A stretch of 64,000 bases of DNA from Candidatus Dojkabacteria bacterium (lineage in GTDB: Bacteria > Patescibacteriota > Dojkabacteria > B142 > OLB20): assembly GCA_035444565.1 (NCBI GenBank), contig DAOMOX010000004.1:12000-75999 (forward strand), written 5' to 3'. Made by a program: the position numbers and the translations under genes. Under the pieces are notes generated by a model that saw only the letters and a list, made by a program, of their open reading frames with translations, made no database searches and was not told the DNA's origin. Positions 41,901 to 51,109 of the stretch are shown in pieces. Position 1 is the stretch's first letter; the number at the start of each line of letters is the position of its first letter.

Positions 41901-44900
41901 CCTGTCGGGGGGACTCAGCAAGAAACAACTATAGTGCACAGCGGTCAATCATCAATTAAACACAACCTAAACTCACTAAACACTTCAATAGGAACAAATC
42001 TAAATACAAATCCTCCTACAGGAAGTTACTTTGTAGTCGGAGGACACTTTTACGGTGTACCAAATGGTAACGGTAAAAATCAACTTAGTGCCCATAATTA
42101 TTCAGATTTACAACATCAGCCATTACAAAGGCAGTTATTGGGTTTAAAGATAGCTGAATGGCACCATACAGTAGGTGTATATCGGAAGGCACAGGGAAGT
42201 AACACAATTTGGGGTGTAGGTTTAATTGAGGGAACAGGAGTTCATCCAGTATATTCTGACGATCTGTATGCTATTTCTTTGAGTGATGTCTCCCTCAATG
42301 TGAGTCCTGCGAGTGAAGTTAATAGTACAGAAACGACAGGTATAAGGGTTGATGGAAGAGATGTGCTAAGTCAACCCATAACGGGCTTATCAGCTGATAA
42401 AGGACTTGTAAAGTTTAAGTTCACTCCGAGACATAGCTTTAGTATTGCAGATAAGTTCGGAGTAGCAAATCCAGTTATTGTTACACTTACATATGATGGA
42501 AATAGCTATATTAAAATTCAAAAGCAAGACCCAACGACGCTTCGAATGATTGTAAAATTTAATGATAGCCAATCTCTAAATCTTGATTGGAATAACGCTA
42601 TTTTAAATGCTGGCACATCTTATGACTTTGAGATACGTTATTATTCAGGTGGAACTATTAGTTTATCGGTTAATGGAGAAGTAAAAGCGATAGCTTCTGG
42701 TGCCACAAATTTCGCTAACGTTCCAAATACAGCGTATTTTGGTTCTGATGGAGGTGCGAATGTCTATGACTCAACTATTAATAGTTTTGTTTCTTTAACA
42801 CCTACAGAAAATCTAACACAATCAAATCTAAAATTTGGGACAAGGAGTCTTAAACTAGTGAATAGTGGAGCTTCACCGGACGAATATGTAACGGACTTTA
42901 CCTCTACGACGAATGCAGCACATACAGTTAGTGCATATATTTTCAATGCGACCTCTGGGGATATTGGAGAAGCAGTAAGCACCTCTGTCGCACAAATAAT
43001 TTTAGATGGAGAATTACAAACGACTCAGTACGAGGATGCTGGAGGAGGTTGGTGGAGGTTGTTAAGTAGGATAAATAAAATTTATGGAGATTATCCAACT
43101 ACTAATATGGATTCTGACCAAGGCCTTTTCACAGGTACATCAAACAGGCTTCTTTCACAAAGCATTAAACCAACCCAAAACCTTCAAACAGTTCAGGTTG
43201 TAATTCCTTTGAAAAAGGTAGGTGCTGGAACTCCTACAACTACCCATTATCAAGTTCGTATCAATACAGATATTGGTGGAGCTCCATCCGGGACTCTTCC
43301 TCCCGGTGGACATTCTTCTTGTATAGCAGTAACTACAAGTACCTCTTATCAAAATATAAGTTTTACTATACAAACAAGTCTCGCAGCTAATACAACATAT
43401 CATTTGGTATTAACCCCATACGTAAATAGTAACTGTAGCACTTTGCAAACAACCGCTGATCCTACAAACTACATAGCATGGGGATATGATGGATCAACTT
43501 CAAGTTACCTACCTGGTGAGAGATCGATATACGATGGAAGCACTTGGACCCAACAAACCTCAAAAGATCATATTTTCACACTGTACACCGGGAGGACTAT
43601 GGTTGTTGGTTTACGTGTTATGCCAGGTAAAAGTGTTTATATGGATGGGGTGCAGGTTGTAAGTTCTACTTCTCTTTCTAACCCATTGCCTCATACTTAC
43701 ACAGATGGTAGTCTGGGTGCTGGTTATGGATGGACCGGGGAAGAACACAACTCTACAAGTACTCGAACACGAGACTCTCTATACTATCCCGTTCAAGACT
43801 CTTTTGGTCCTACTTCGGGAACAGTGAGCTTTTGGTTTAAACCATACAGGCCATTTGGAAGCGGATATGATCAGTCTGCTCAACACTGGATATATTCTTC
43901 ACATACAACTCAGGGTTCACAATCCTCGGTAAGTGCTTATGTTGATAGTGGGAGAAATTTAAACTTTAGGTTGGCAAATGATGCAAACCAAGTTTTTGAT
44001 ATAAGTCAGGGACCCTGGAGTGCAGGAATATTTCAAGTACAAAAATGGCACAATATGGTACTTGTTTGGGATGGGACAAAGTTCAGCGCATATATAAATA
44101 ATGTATTGTATGGAGAAATTAACTATACAGGTACACTGACAATTAATAACGCCAATATGGGCATAGGGTCTACTTCAGGATGGGCTCCAGCTTTTGGAAC
44201 AATCTCGGATTTCAGAATCTATAACAACTCATTAGATGTAAATGAAGTAGGATACCTCTATCAATCCGGCCTCTCTACGCACACCCAAAGTGATATCGAT
44301 GATAAGAAATACAAAACTACTGCCGATTATGAATCTGGAGTACTTGATCTCGGGAATGCTGGACAATGGGGGAACTCACCAAATTTGTTGATTACTGAAG
44401 CTTTAAACGGAAATACCATCAATTACCAAACTCGGAGTTCAGAGGATAACCTCGTATGGTCTGATTATGCTGCCGTTAGCGGTGACACACCTAATCTAAC
44501 GATTTCAAGCCCTCCAAAAAGATATCTACAGGTAAAGGCAACTTTGAATTCACCAAACCAAAACACGACTCCTGAGTTTAATGGTGCACAAATCAATTAC
44601 GTTCAAGATGCAATACCACCAGAGGTTAACGCTACAGAAACAACTATGAAAAGAACAGTCTCTGGGGATACTATAATAGAAAATAACTTTTCAAATTCTC
44701 AAGCTCCGTATTTCAGCTGGGTTGAGGGTGGAGATGATGCCGATGGGTCTGGACTTCGTGGATATTGTTTATATTTAGGTCCAGACATTGCGGGAAATCC
44801 AGCAAATGATAAAGGACTTTTGGGTTCAAGTCCTGGTTCAACTGCAAATACGACGTGTCCTTTTGTGGTAACTACAAATTCCATTGATTTTGCAAATACA

Positions 44901-47213
44901 AATCTAAGAGGAAACACATGGTTACAATCAACTACTGATCCATATTACATAGTTATCAGGGCTGTTGATAATACTGGAAATGTTTACGACCTAGAGCCAG
45001 AAATATTCGGCTTCAAGTTTGATAACACTCCTCCTACTAATCCTAGCGGTTTATTTGCCCCTGCCAGTTACCAGAGATCTTTCGATAGTTTTGTAATATC
45101 ATGGCCAGCCGATGGGACAAATATGGCTCAAGACACACATTCATTAGTAAAAGGTTTCCAATACAAACTTGGTACAAACGGTACTTGGTATGGAGGTGGA
45201 CACACCGGAGATCAAGATTGTAATGACGTTTTGACAACAAATACCTACGCGCTTGATGCCAACTTCGATAACCTACCGTCTGGAGAAACTCCGTTTTATC
45301 TTAGGACTCTTGACTATGCGTGTAATACATCCGCTTCGGCAATTTCGGCAATCTTAAAATACAACTCGACTGCACCGTCAGCTCCGCGAGATCTGTCGGT
45401 TACTCCAGTAACTAACGATAAAAATGAGTTCTCTTTTACTTGGTTGACCCCAGAAATATACCAGGGAGCGGAATCCAACTTGTCATATTGTTACACAGTT
45501 AATACTCTTCCTACGTCTGGTACTTGTATTTTTACAAGCAGTAAATCATTAAATCCTGATGCATTTGCAACACAACCTGGAGAAAATACATTCTATGTAG
45601 TAAGTCGTGATGAGGCCTCAAATATTAACTATGGGGATTATGCATCAATAAAATTCTACGCCAACACATCAGCCCCTGGTGTTCCTAGAAATTTAGATGT
45701 TGCAGATATTTCTGTTAAAACAACTAAAAACTGGAGACTGACCGTATCGTGGGACGAACCAGAAGACTTAGGTGCTGGAGTTGCAAAATACTTTATCTAT
45801 AGATCATTTGCTGAAAATGCTAATTGTAGTGAAAACTTCTCTTTATTTGGAAAAGTTGGAGAAACTGCTGGAGGCTCTTATGTTGACACAAATCTTCAAC
45901 AAAAAGATCATTTCTATTGTGTGAGAGCATGCGATTCGACAAATAACTGTTCTGCAGTGTCTTCGACGGGTAGTAACTTCCCTGATGGTAAATTTACTAG
46001 TCCTGCGATACTTGAATCAGCCCCTGTTGTAAGTAGTGTTTCAACAAGAAGTGCGAGGATTAGCTGGATAACAGATCGAGATTCAGACTCAAGAATTTCA
46101 TATGGATTGGCAAGCAATGATTATTTCAAAGAAGAAGTTGGAAATTCAGAGCAACGAATTGATCATGATTTGATACTTACAAATCTAGAGCCTGGAACAA
46201 CATACTATTTCCAAGCTAAATGGACAGATGAAGATGGAAACTTAGGATTATCCGACGAATATACATTTAAAACTGCACCACCCCCAAGTGTGAAGGATGT
46301 TGTGGTCAGTAGTGTTGGCATTAGTACTGCAGTTATCAACTTCACGACGACTGGTTCATCAAAGGTAAACTTCCTCTATGGTACTTCCGTAAGTTTTGGA
46401 TCAAGTAAAGAAATCGCAACTAGTCCTCTTGAGTCAAGATACACTACCCTACTTGATGGTTTATCAGAAGGAAGTAAGTATTATTTCAGAGTTGATACTG
46501 AAGATGACGAAGGCTATGTTTATGAAGGTACTGTTCTTGATTTCAATACATTGCCACAACCAAAATTATCGAATGTGCGAATTCAACAAGTGAAAAATGC
46601 TGCTCAACCAACAGTCTTAGTCTCCTGGGAATCAAACACAGAAGTCACCTCTGTGGTTAGTTTATTCCCTGAGGGTAAAGCAGATTTGATTAGAGAGGAA
46701 GTTAATTTAGATTTAAAAGGTGGCGAACATCAGATGATTATTCGTGGGCTGTTACCGAATACTGTGTATGAGTTATTAGTTAAGGGGTCTGATAAATTAG
46801 GAAATCAAGCAACATCAACTGCACAGAGAATAACAACTGCAACTGATACTAGACCTCCTGCAATTTCAAACGTACAGATTGAAGCTGGTAAAGGTAATGT
46901 TACTGATAGTTCTCAATTCATAGTTACATGGACAACAGACGAGCCCACCACTTCACAAGTTGAATATGGAGAAGGTACAGGTAGTAGCTATCCACAGAGA
47001 TCACAATTGGATAGCAATTTTACACTTGATCACACCATCGTAATTTCTGGTTTAGCACCTGGAAAGGTTTACCATTTGAGAGCAGTTTCAACTGACGATG
47101 CAGAGAACACAACATACTCTCTAGACTATGTCGCAATTACTCCAAAAGAGTCTAATAGTGCAATAGAGCTTGTGATTAGTAGCTTGTCTAGGGTGTTCTC
47201 CTTCCTGAGATAA
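38994..47213 (+). CDS. Giant (2739 aa) TM-anchored cell-surface protein: DUF2341-like, multiple LamG/ConA-like jellyrolls, CBM4/9-like modules, FN3 domains and four C-terminal PAP-N/FN3-like repeats
   Basis: Basic N-terminus then TM ([19 protein letters not shown]). DUF2341-like aa ~130-255 (…[12 protein letters not shown]…[11 protein letters not shown]). LamG-like TIEFFVKNN…[19 protein letters not shown] and [12 protein letters not shown]…[19 protein letters not shown]…[11 protein letters not shown]-like [21 protein letters not shown]3 [14 protein letters not shown]…FSFTWL and [11 protein letters not shown]…[10 protein letters not shown]. Four ~95-aa repeats [17 protein letters not shown]…[28 protein letters not shown]…[24 protein letters not shown]…[26 protein letters not shown]…[16 protein letters not shown]. 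Confidence 0.8.
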   Translation: MKCFSKKVKLYKPISLIMRVSRPNKSLQRMHRDYSRIFRIRKNFIRKKLKQISKFLFFKKITLARWQLNTFTVMMLSLGFVLGTYAMVMELVPILRALDETSYTLVQGGDGELTSGSGTDVVISASAVSLGKDDNWFDMGWNLKRQLTIKNLSAITLPSNTPIQLTLNTKELFDASNIQNDCDDLRVIYSTGVGNHTELARSYYKASGATDCSDSTATVVTFPIQAELTAGATSSNYYLYYKNSGATNPGFGDNGYNIGDAEATMVCPFNGSTTCVDGETPSTATGALRFSGGSAIETDGAWDNPDKITGPTLPSVSQYTIEFFVKNNGNFNSYAGIYGGWGGFDANDINTGGSVNGMLLNPGSLGLIGLTVNHSSGQWVHLAFVYDGVNYSVYENGNRIYYTPKTFSISAQGFYLGARNSYRGFKGLYDEFRISNIARYSGSFTTPTSNFTADANTLVLYHFDENGDDLRNTGKAYDSSGNGYHGTISGAKYTSNTLGIYQGTATPIKTQNIFTHEGVLLEEGATNLITNPSFENTTYNLNWGNSFFNYNNTLDTFTASITKRNSAGPFTSGVILQDDYGDTSSLTSDQLSFSHGTTLWGDFSNSSDDDQGTLVFWWTPEYSSSTMNTGSTMFMEMRSSSNFTYNWVDDKFYLGGSPIGTYDFSAGQTYLVVLRWDKDNNIIANTANLSIDNVSIGDASSSGHVWEDDWGSTNLWAFDGVVEGMTVYRRPLFDGLYGIDMGTGDEIEQIYNAGAGKDPTLITGSWDVVFAMPTNSDNGVITTGTGNAWSHPHQLNLLYTNSTNTGGYMLNGDYSIDNWTGIASPQSISALSTVEKIYSGGYKIESNLINQGISRSFAASSGGDYVIRAIGNSDGTCTPVVKILRADGITEITSKVGTSLSTKSSPEVYIFTWESPALEDNIIQLLNTNSSGICYWHQAEVYNNLFNNPSLESGAGDPWIPTSWWNANIPVGGTQQETTIVHSGQSSIKHNLNSLNTSIGTNLNTNPPTGSYFVVGGHFYGVPNGNGKNQLSAHNYSDLQHQPLQRQLLGLKIAEWHHTVGVYRKAQGSNTIWGVGLIEGTGVHPVYSDDLYAISLSDVSLNVSPASEVNSTETTGIRVDGRDVLSQPITGLSADKGLVKFKFTPRHSFSIADKFGVANPVIVTLTYDGNSYIKIQKQDPTTLRMIVKFNDSQSLNLDWNNAILNAGTSYDFEIRYYSGGTISLSVNGEVKAIASGATNFANVPNTAYFGSDGGANVYDSTINSFVSLTPTENLTQSNLKFGTRSLKLVNSGASPDEYVTDFTSTTNAAHTVSAYIFNATSGDIGEAVSTSVAQIILDGELQTTQYEDAGGGWWRLLSRINKIYGDYPTTNMDSDQGLFTGTSNRLLSQSIKPTQNLQTVQVVIPLKKVGAGTPTTTHYQVRINTDIGGAPSGTLPPGGHSSCIAVTTSTSYQNISFTIQTSLAANTTYHLVLTPYVNSNCSTLQTTADPTNYIAWGYDGSTSSYLPGERSIYDGSTWTQQTSKDHIFTLYTGRTMVVGLRVMPGKSVYMDGVQVVSSTSLSNPLPHTYTDGSLGAGYGWTGEEHNSTSTRTRDSLYYPVQDSFGPTSGTVSFWFKPYRPFGSGYDQSAQHWIYSSHTTQGSQSSVSAYVDSGRNLNFRLANDANQVFDISQGPWSAGIFQVQKWHNMVLVWDGTKFSAYINNVLYGEINYTGTLTINNANMGIGSTSGWAPAFGTISDFRIYNNSLDVNEVGYLYQSGLSTHTQSDIDDKKYKTTADYESGVLDLGNAGQWGNSPNLLITEALNGNTINYQTRSSEDNLVWSDYAAVSGDTPNLTISSPPKRYLQVKATLNSPNQNTTPEFNGAQINYVQDAIPPEVNATETTMKRTVSGDTIIENNFSNSQAPYFSWVEGGDDADGSGLRGYCLYLGPDIAGNPANDKGLLGSSPGSTANTTCPFVVTTNSIDFANTNLRGNTWLQSTTDPYYIVIRAVDNTGNVYDLEPEIFGFKFDNTPPTNPSGLFAPASYQRSFDSFVISWPADGTNMAQDTHSLVKGFQYKLGTNGTWYGGGHTGDQDCNDVLTTNTYALDANFDNLPSGETPFYLRTLDYACNTSASAISAILKYNSTAPSAPRDLSVTPVTNDKNEFSFTWLTPEIYQGAESNLSYCYTVNTLPTSGTCIFTSSKSLNPDAFATQPGENTFYVVSRDEASNINYGDYASIKFYANTSAPGVPRNLDVADISVKTTKNWRLTVSWDEPEDLGAGVAKYFIYRSFAENANCSENFSLFGKVGETAGGSYVDTNLQQKDHFYCVRACDSTNNCSAVSSTGSNFPDGKFTSPAILESAPVVSSVSTRSARISWITDRDSDSRISYGLASNDYFKEEVGNSEQRIDHDLILTNLEPGTTYYFQAKWTDEDGNLGLSDEYTFKTAPPPSVKDVVVSSVGISTAVINFTTTGSSKVNFLYGTSVSFGSSKEIATSPLESRYTTLLDGLSEGSKYYFRVDTEDDEGYVYEGTVLDFNTLPQPKLSNVRIQQVKNAAQPTVLVSWESNTEVTSVVSLFPEGKADLIREEVNLDLKGGEHQMIIRGLLPNTVYELLVKGSDKLGNQATSTAQRITTATDTRPPAISNVQIEAGKGNVTDSSQFIVTWTTDEPTTSQVEYGEGTGSSYPQRSQLDSNFTLDHTIVISGLAPGKVYHLRAVSTDDAENTTYSLDYVAITPKESNSAIELVISSLSRVFSFLR

Positions 47214-47216
47214 ATT

Positions 47217-48506
47217 TCATCGACTGCCTATAACCGGAATCTCCTCCCACCTTGTAGTATATCTCGGTGAACGAAGTGCCTGTTCTTTGATTGGATTCAA
47301 GAAAACCATTTGATTCGCATACTTAACTGTGCCTTTTCCCCAGATAGAGTTGAGTTTATCAAACGATTTCATAAGGATTCTCTGTTTTATATCTTCTTGA
47401 GGATTTGGGGTAGTGAAAATGTTTTGTTGGTATTCGCCTTTATTGTAGAAATTCTCCAAAAACACCCCTGCCCTTTTGTATTTGTATCCTGAGCGGAAAA
47501 TCTGCCTCAGGCCATTGAGCGCATTCTTCGTCAAGAGTGGTGTGTAATCGGTAGGTGTTTCGAGTTTTATCAAGTATGAATTAGAGTATCGTCCTTCGGG
47601 GGTAAATCTATCTGTTGTAAGGAAAACCCAAATCCTGGATGTTACTGAACCCTGTGCTCTTAGGCTTCTGGAGGCACTATCGGTGAAGCGTGCTACCGCT
47701 TGAGCGACTTGGTTGTATTCGGTGTAAGCTTTCTTGAACGTACGGCTACAGAGTATGCCTTTTTTCGAGCTACGATGTGGGTTGATTGGGTAACATCGAA
47801 TACTATGGAGTTCAAGCCAGGTACGTTCGAGCATAACTCCATATTCTTGTCGAAGTAGATGTCTATCAGCTTTGAGGAGGCTTGGGATGTCTGCAATATC
47901 AAAAATCTTTAATCTTCTAGCAATACGTCCTCCTATTCCCCAAATGTCATCAATGTCGAGATGTTTTAAATATTCAATATGTCTATAGTCGGTAATGTCA
48001 TTTATCTGATAAACCCCATCATTTTCGATGAATTTCTTGGCGATTTTGTTAGCAAGTTTGGCTAAGGTTTTGGTGTTTGCTAGTCCGATTGAGATTGGAA
48101 TACCTGTCCAGCGATAAATTGTCTCTTTCATTTCTATTGAGTTCCGAAGCATTCTCTGTGGTGACGTTATAGGAATTCGTAGAAATGCCTCATCAATAGA
48201 ATATATCTCAATTTCCTGACAAAACTCATGTAGTGAACGAAATACTCTCTCTGACATATCCTGATAAAGTGTAAAGTTTGCGGAGCGCACAGCGACGTTG
48301 TTCTCGATAAATCGATCTTTCCATTCAAATAGAGGAGCTCCCATGGGGACTCCCATGGCTTTCAATTCGTTTGATCTGGCGATGACACATCCGTCATTAT
48401 TAGAGAGAACCGCTGTCGGGCGATTACGGAGTGTCGGATCAAAGACTCTCTCGCAAGAAACATAGAAATTATTGCAGTCGACGATACCATAAATATCGGA
48501 AGACAT
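47217..48506 (-). CDS. umuC: Y-family translesion DNA polymerase, UmuC-like (Pol V catalytic subunit)
   Basis: IYGIVDCNNFYVSCERVFDPTLRNRPTAVLSNNDGCVIARSNELKAMGVPMG aligns closely with E. coli UmuC (MFALCDVNAFYASCETVF…VVVLSNNDGCVIARN). Confidence 0.85.
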   Translation of the reverse strand: MSSDIYGIVDCNNFYVSCERVFDPTLRNRPTAVLSNNDGCVIARSNELKAMGVPMGAPLFEWKDRFIENNVAVRSANFTLYQDMSERVFRSLHEFCQEIEIYSIDEAFLRIPITSPQRMLRNSIEMKETIYRWTGIPISIGLANTKTLAKLANKIAKKFIENDGVYQINDITDYRHIEYLKHLDIDDIWGIGGRIARRLKIFDIADIPSLLKADRHLLRQEYGVMLERTWLELHSIRCYPINPHRSSKKGILCSRTFKKAYTEYNQVAQAVARFTDSASRSLRAQGSVTSRIWVFLTTDRFTPEGRYSNSYLIKLETPTDYTPLLTKNALNGLRQIFRSGYKYKRAGVFLENFYNKGEYQQNIFTTPNPQEDIKQRILMKSFDKLNSIWGKGTVKYANQMVFLNPIKEQALRSPRYTTRWEEIPVIGSR

Positions 48507-48976
48507 CAGAGTTCATGAATATTGTAGGCAACTACACCCCATATCTCGAAGTCGTTCTCCGGAGTAATACGATAAAGTGTGGATCTGGTATTCCAGGGCG
48601 TCAAATATGTGATGTGTTTAGATATTAATATCTTTTTGATTAATAATTCACCATCTAGGCTCACGACAACGATTGATTTATCTGTAATGGGTAATGAACG
48701 ATCCACTACAAGTAAATCTCCTTTGTGGATTCCCCATTTTCTCAAGTCATTATCCCCTGCTTTCATAAAAAATGTACTGGAAGGCTTTTTAATAAGATAT
48801 GACTGAATATCGAGTTTTAGGTCAGATTCGTTTCGAATAGGAGTCGAAAAAGCTACTGTAGAAAGTTCGAGATCCTTTCGAGATTCATTTTTCTGTTCTT
48901 CGTACAATCTAGTCGAACGGAAGTCCTCCTGATAGTCTAAGAATGTTGTTTCGGGTGCGTAGATATTATTCTGCAT
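48506..48976 (-). CDS. umuD: UmuD-like S24-fold protein with substituted nucleophile (GDND instead of GDSM) and no Ala/Cys-Gly cleavage site
   Basis: KAGDNDLRKWGIHKGDLLVVDRS…VVVSLDGELLIKKI aligns with UmuD [21 protein letters not shown]…AAVDGEFTVKKL. The Lys is conserved and the Ser is Asn. Start shares 48506 with the umuC stop and the other end overlaps the lexA stop. Confidence 0.7.
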   Translation of the reverse strand: MQNNIYAPETTFLDYQEDFRSTRLYEEQKNESRKDLELSTVAFSTPIRNESDLKLDIQSYLIKKPSSTFFMKAGDNDLRKWGIHKGDLLVVDRSLPITDKSIVVVSLDGELLIKKILISKHITYLTPWNTRSTLYRITPENDFEIWGVVAYNIHEL

Positions 48977-49628
48977 GTTTGGTTGAGAAATTAGGGTTAT
49001 CTAAAACTGCTACGACTTTGCCGTAGATATCTGTATCTCCTAGAGAAGATGCATCTAGGTAGAATGGTTTGTGTCGTGTGTTGGTGGACTCTGGGTAAAG
49101 TACCACGATGTTTCGGTCTTTTTTGATAGTTTTGATAGTTGCGCAGTTATCGATAATTGCTAAAACAACATCGCCATTTTTGATATCAACGTTTTTTGCT
49201 ATGACTGCATACTTGCCATCCTCGAGTGTTCCTCCATCAACTTCACGCATGTTCATAGAATCTCCTTTTATCATAAGGGCGAAGACGTCCTTGGTGACTG
49301 GAAGGAGACTGCGATTAATACGTAAATAGCCAAGTTGTTGTTCCTGGGCTATCACCATAGGTGCTCCAGCATTTGCATAGCCGAGGATATTTACATCTAT
49401 AAACATCTGTCCGGACTGTGTTTCCCGAAGAGTTATACCTCGGGACGACGAAGATCGATTTATCAATCCTTTTTTCTCAAGTGCTTGTAGATGTTTAACG
49501 ACTGCTCTGCGAGTGATACCAAGTGCTCGCTCCATCTCTGTAAGTGTGGGTGCTTGGCCAGTTTCGATAATGAAGGACTTTATAAGGGATAGTATTTCGT
49601 TTTGTCTTGTGGTTATGGTATGTGTCAT
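48966..49628 (-). CDS. lexA: LexA repressor (wHTH + S24 autopeptidase, intact)
   Basis: Likely start is the second Met (MTHTITTRQNEILSLI…). The ORF-track start at 49685 would translate the upstream repeat region. wHTH LTEMERALGITRRAVVKHLQALEKKGLI. Cleavage site ANAGAP, GDSM and IKTIKK are conserved. Confidence 0.8.
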   Translation of the reverse strand: MTHTITTRQNEILSLIKSFIIETGQAPTLTEMERALGITRRAVVKHLQALEKKGLINRSSSSRGITLRETQSGQMFIDVNILGYANAGAPMVIAQEQQLGYLRINRSLLPVTKDVFALMIKGDSMNMREVDGGTLEDGKYAVIAKNVDIKNGDVVLAIIDNCATIKTIKKDRNIVVLYPESTNTRHKPFYLDASSLGDTDIYGKVVAVLDNPNFSTKHAE

Positions 49629-49629
49629 A

Positions 49630-49673
49630 TAGGTATACTTAATATACTTAAAATGGTATACAAGGTATACAAG
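49630..49673. promoter_or_regulatory. Repeat-rich candidate LexA operator region at the lexA start: TAGGTATACTT, (TATACTTAA)x2, (GTATACAAG)x2
   Basis: Three GGTATAC cores plus tandem direct repeats directly abut the lexA ATG. The 11-mer TAGGTATACTT recurs upstream of dnaE. Confidence 0.35.
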
Positions 49674-49741
49674 AATGTCAAGCAATTAATATAATTTTAT
49701 GAACTTTAATATTGGAAGATTGAAGTACTAAGTTATCTAAG

Positions 49742-50071
49742 TTAGATATATTTCTCACCGAGTTTCTTGTGATTCTTGCCCCAAGTAGACATTGAAACTA
49801 AAACAGGTCTTAGAGTTTTCCCGTAAGGAGTGATTGAATATTCAACCTTTGGTGGGATCACGGGAAATATCTTTCGCTTTATGAGTCCATCTTTTTCAAG
49901 TTCACGTAACTGCGATGTAAGCATTTTTTGTGTAATACCGGTGATTTCTTTCTGTAATTCACTAAATCTTAGAGTTTTTTGATCAAGATGCCACAGAAGA
50001 AGTGGTTTCCACTTTCCTCCTATTACTTTCAAAGTAATATTTACCGGGTTATCACTGTTGCAGACTCTCAT
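49742..50071 (-). CDS. HxlR-family (MarR-like wHTH) transcriptional regulator
   Basis: TLKVIGGKWKPLLLWHL…LRFSELQKEITGITQKMLTSQLRELEKDGLIKRKIFPVIPPKVEYSITPYG is the HxlR/DUF24 signature. Start trimmed to the internal Met (ORF track extends to 50167 and would overlap the divergent neighbour). Confidence 0.75.
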   Translation of the reverse strand: MRVCNSDNPVNITLKVIGGKWKPLLLWHLDQKTLRFSELQKEITGITQKMLTSQLRELEKDGLIKRKIFPVIPPKVEYSITPYGKTLRPVLVSMSTWGKNHKKLGEKYI

Positions 50072-50192
50072 TTGACGAATATTAGTATATATAATGTAAG
50101 TATAGCATATAAAAGTAAGTACTTGTATTAAATATAACATATCTTGTATGGTGTTTGTATCCTTCATTACTTTATTTATTATTTATATAACT

Positions 50193-50801
50193 ATGTGGAA
50201 CAAAATAGCGGATGATGCAACAATTATGAAAACAGTAAAAGCTTTAGAAGCCAACCAATTTTTAGTCACAGTGGTAAATAATGCCATTGAAGCAAAAAAG
50301 GAAATCGAAACATTAATCCCAGCAGGCTCACAGGTAATGCAAATGAGTTCGGAGACATTAGATAATACAGGAATTTCCGATATGATTAATTCAGATAACT
50401 TTGATGCAATTAAACCAAAATTGTGGGCAAAAGGTGAGAATGCACTCTCTCCTCAAGAGAAAGCTATTGCAGCAAACTTGGCTAAATATTCAGTCGGGAG
50501 TCTACAAGCCATCACAGGAAATGGAGAATTAGTAATTGCTTCAAACACAGGGAGTCAGATGGCTGCTTATGTTTATGGGTCAGAAAAAGTAATATTCGTC
50601 GTAGGTGCTCAGAAACTAGTTAAAGATATTGATGCAGCTATGAAGAGGATTTATGGTCACGTTTTACCTCTTGAAAGTGAACGAGTGAAAAAAGCTTACG
50701 GTATGGAGAAAAGTAATGTAAGTAAGTTGTTAATAATCAATAAAGAGACACAACCTGAAAGAATTCATATAGTAATCGTTAAAGAGAGTCTCGGGTTCTA
50801 A
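50193..50801 (+). CDS. LUD-domain (LutC/YkgG-like) protein
   Basis: MWNKIADDATIMKTVKALEANQFLVTVVNNAIEAKKEIETLIPAGSQVMQMSSETL matches the LUD (lactate-utilisation) domain layout. Start trimmed to the internal Met. Divergent from the HxlR regulator. Confidence 0.55.
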   Translation: MWNKIADDATIMKTVKALEANQFLVTVVNNAIEAKKEIETLIPAGSQVMQMSSETLDNTGISDMINSDNFDAIKPKLWAKGENALSPQEKAIAANLAKYSVGSLQAITGNGELVIASNTGSQMAAYVYGSEKVIFVVGAQKLVKDIDAAMKRIYGHVLPLESERVKKAYGMEKSNVSKLLIINKETQPERIHIVIVKESLGF

Positions 50802-50845
50802 AACTTTCATACAAAATAATTTTTTGCTAAACTATTGCACATTAT

Positions 50846-51109
50846 TTGTTAAACTTTAATAAAATGGCTGGTAAAGAAGGTGGAGATAATCCAAACCATG
50901 TATGGGAGAAAAGGAATGTAACAACTGGAGAAGAACCAATAGAAGTATCCGAACAGCAAAGGGCATTCGAAAATAGAATAAATGATATACCTGAAGATGA
51001 GTGGAACCAGGATCCTCAGCAAGCCTATGGTCGTGCAGTTGTAGGCGATTTAGACGAAAAATTTAACCACAAAATCAAAAATGAAAGAGGAAGAACTGAC
51101 TCCGTATAA
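50846..51109 (+). CDS. Small hydrophilic hypothetical protein
   Basis: 87-aa acidic ORF overlapping the pip start. No motif. Confidence 0.25.
   Translation: MLNFNKMAGKEGGDNPNHVWEKRNVTTGEEPIEVSEQQRAFENRINDIPEDEWNQDPQQAYGRAVVGDLDEKFNHKIKNERGRTDSV

Noticed and set aside
49683-49685. ORF-track start of lexA at 49685, which adds 19 residues MLDILVYLVYHFKYIKYTY.
   Set aside because: These residues are a translation of the GGTATAC/TATACTT repeat block and have no counterpart in LexA N-termini. The second Met aligns with canonical LexA start, so the repeats are treated as non-coding operator/promoter DNA.
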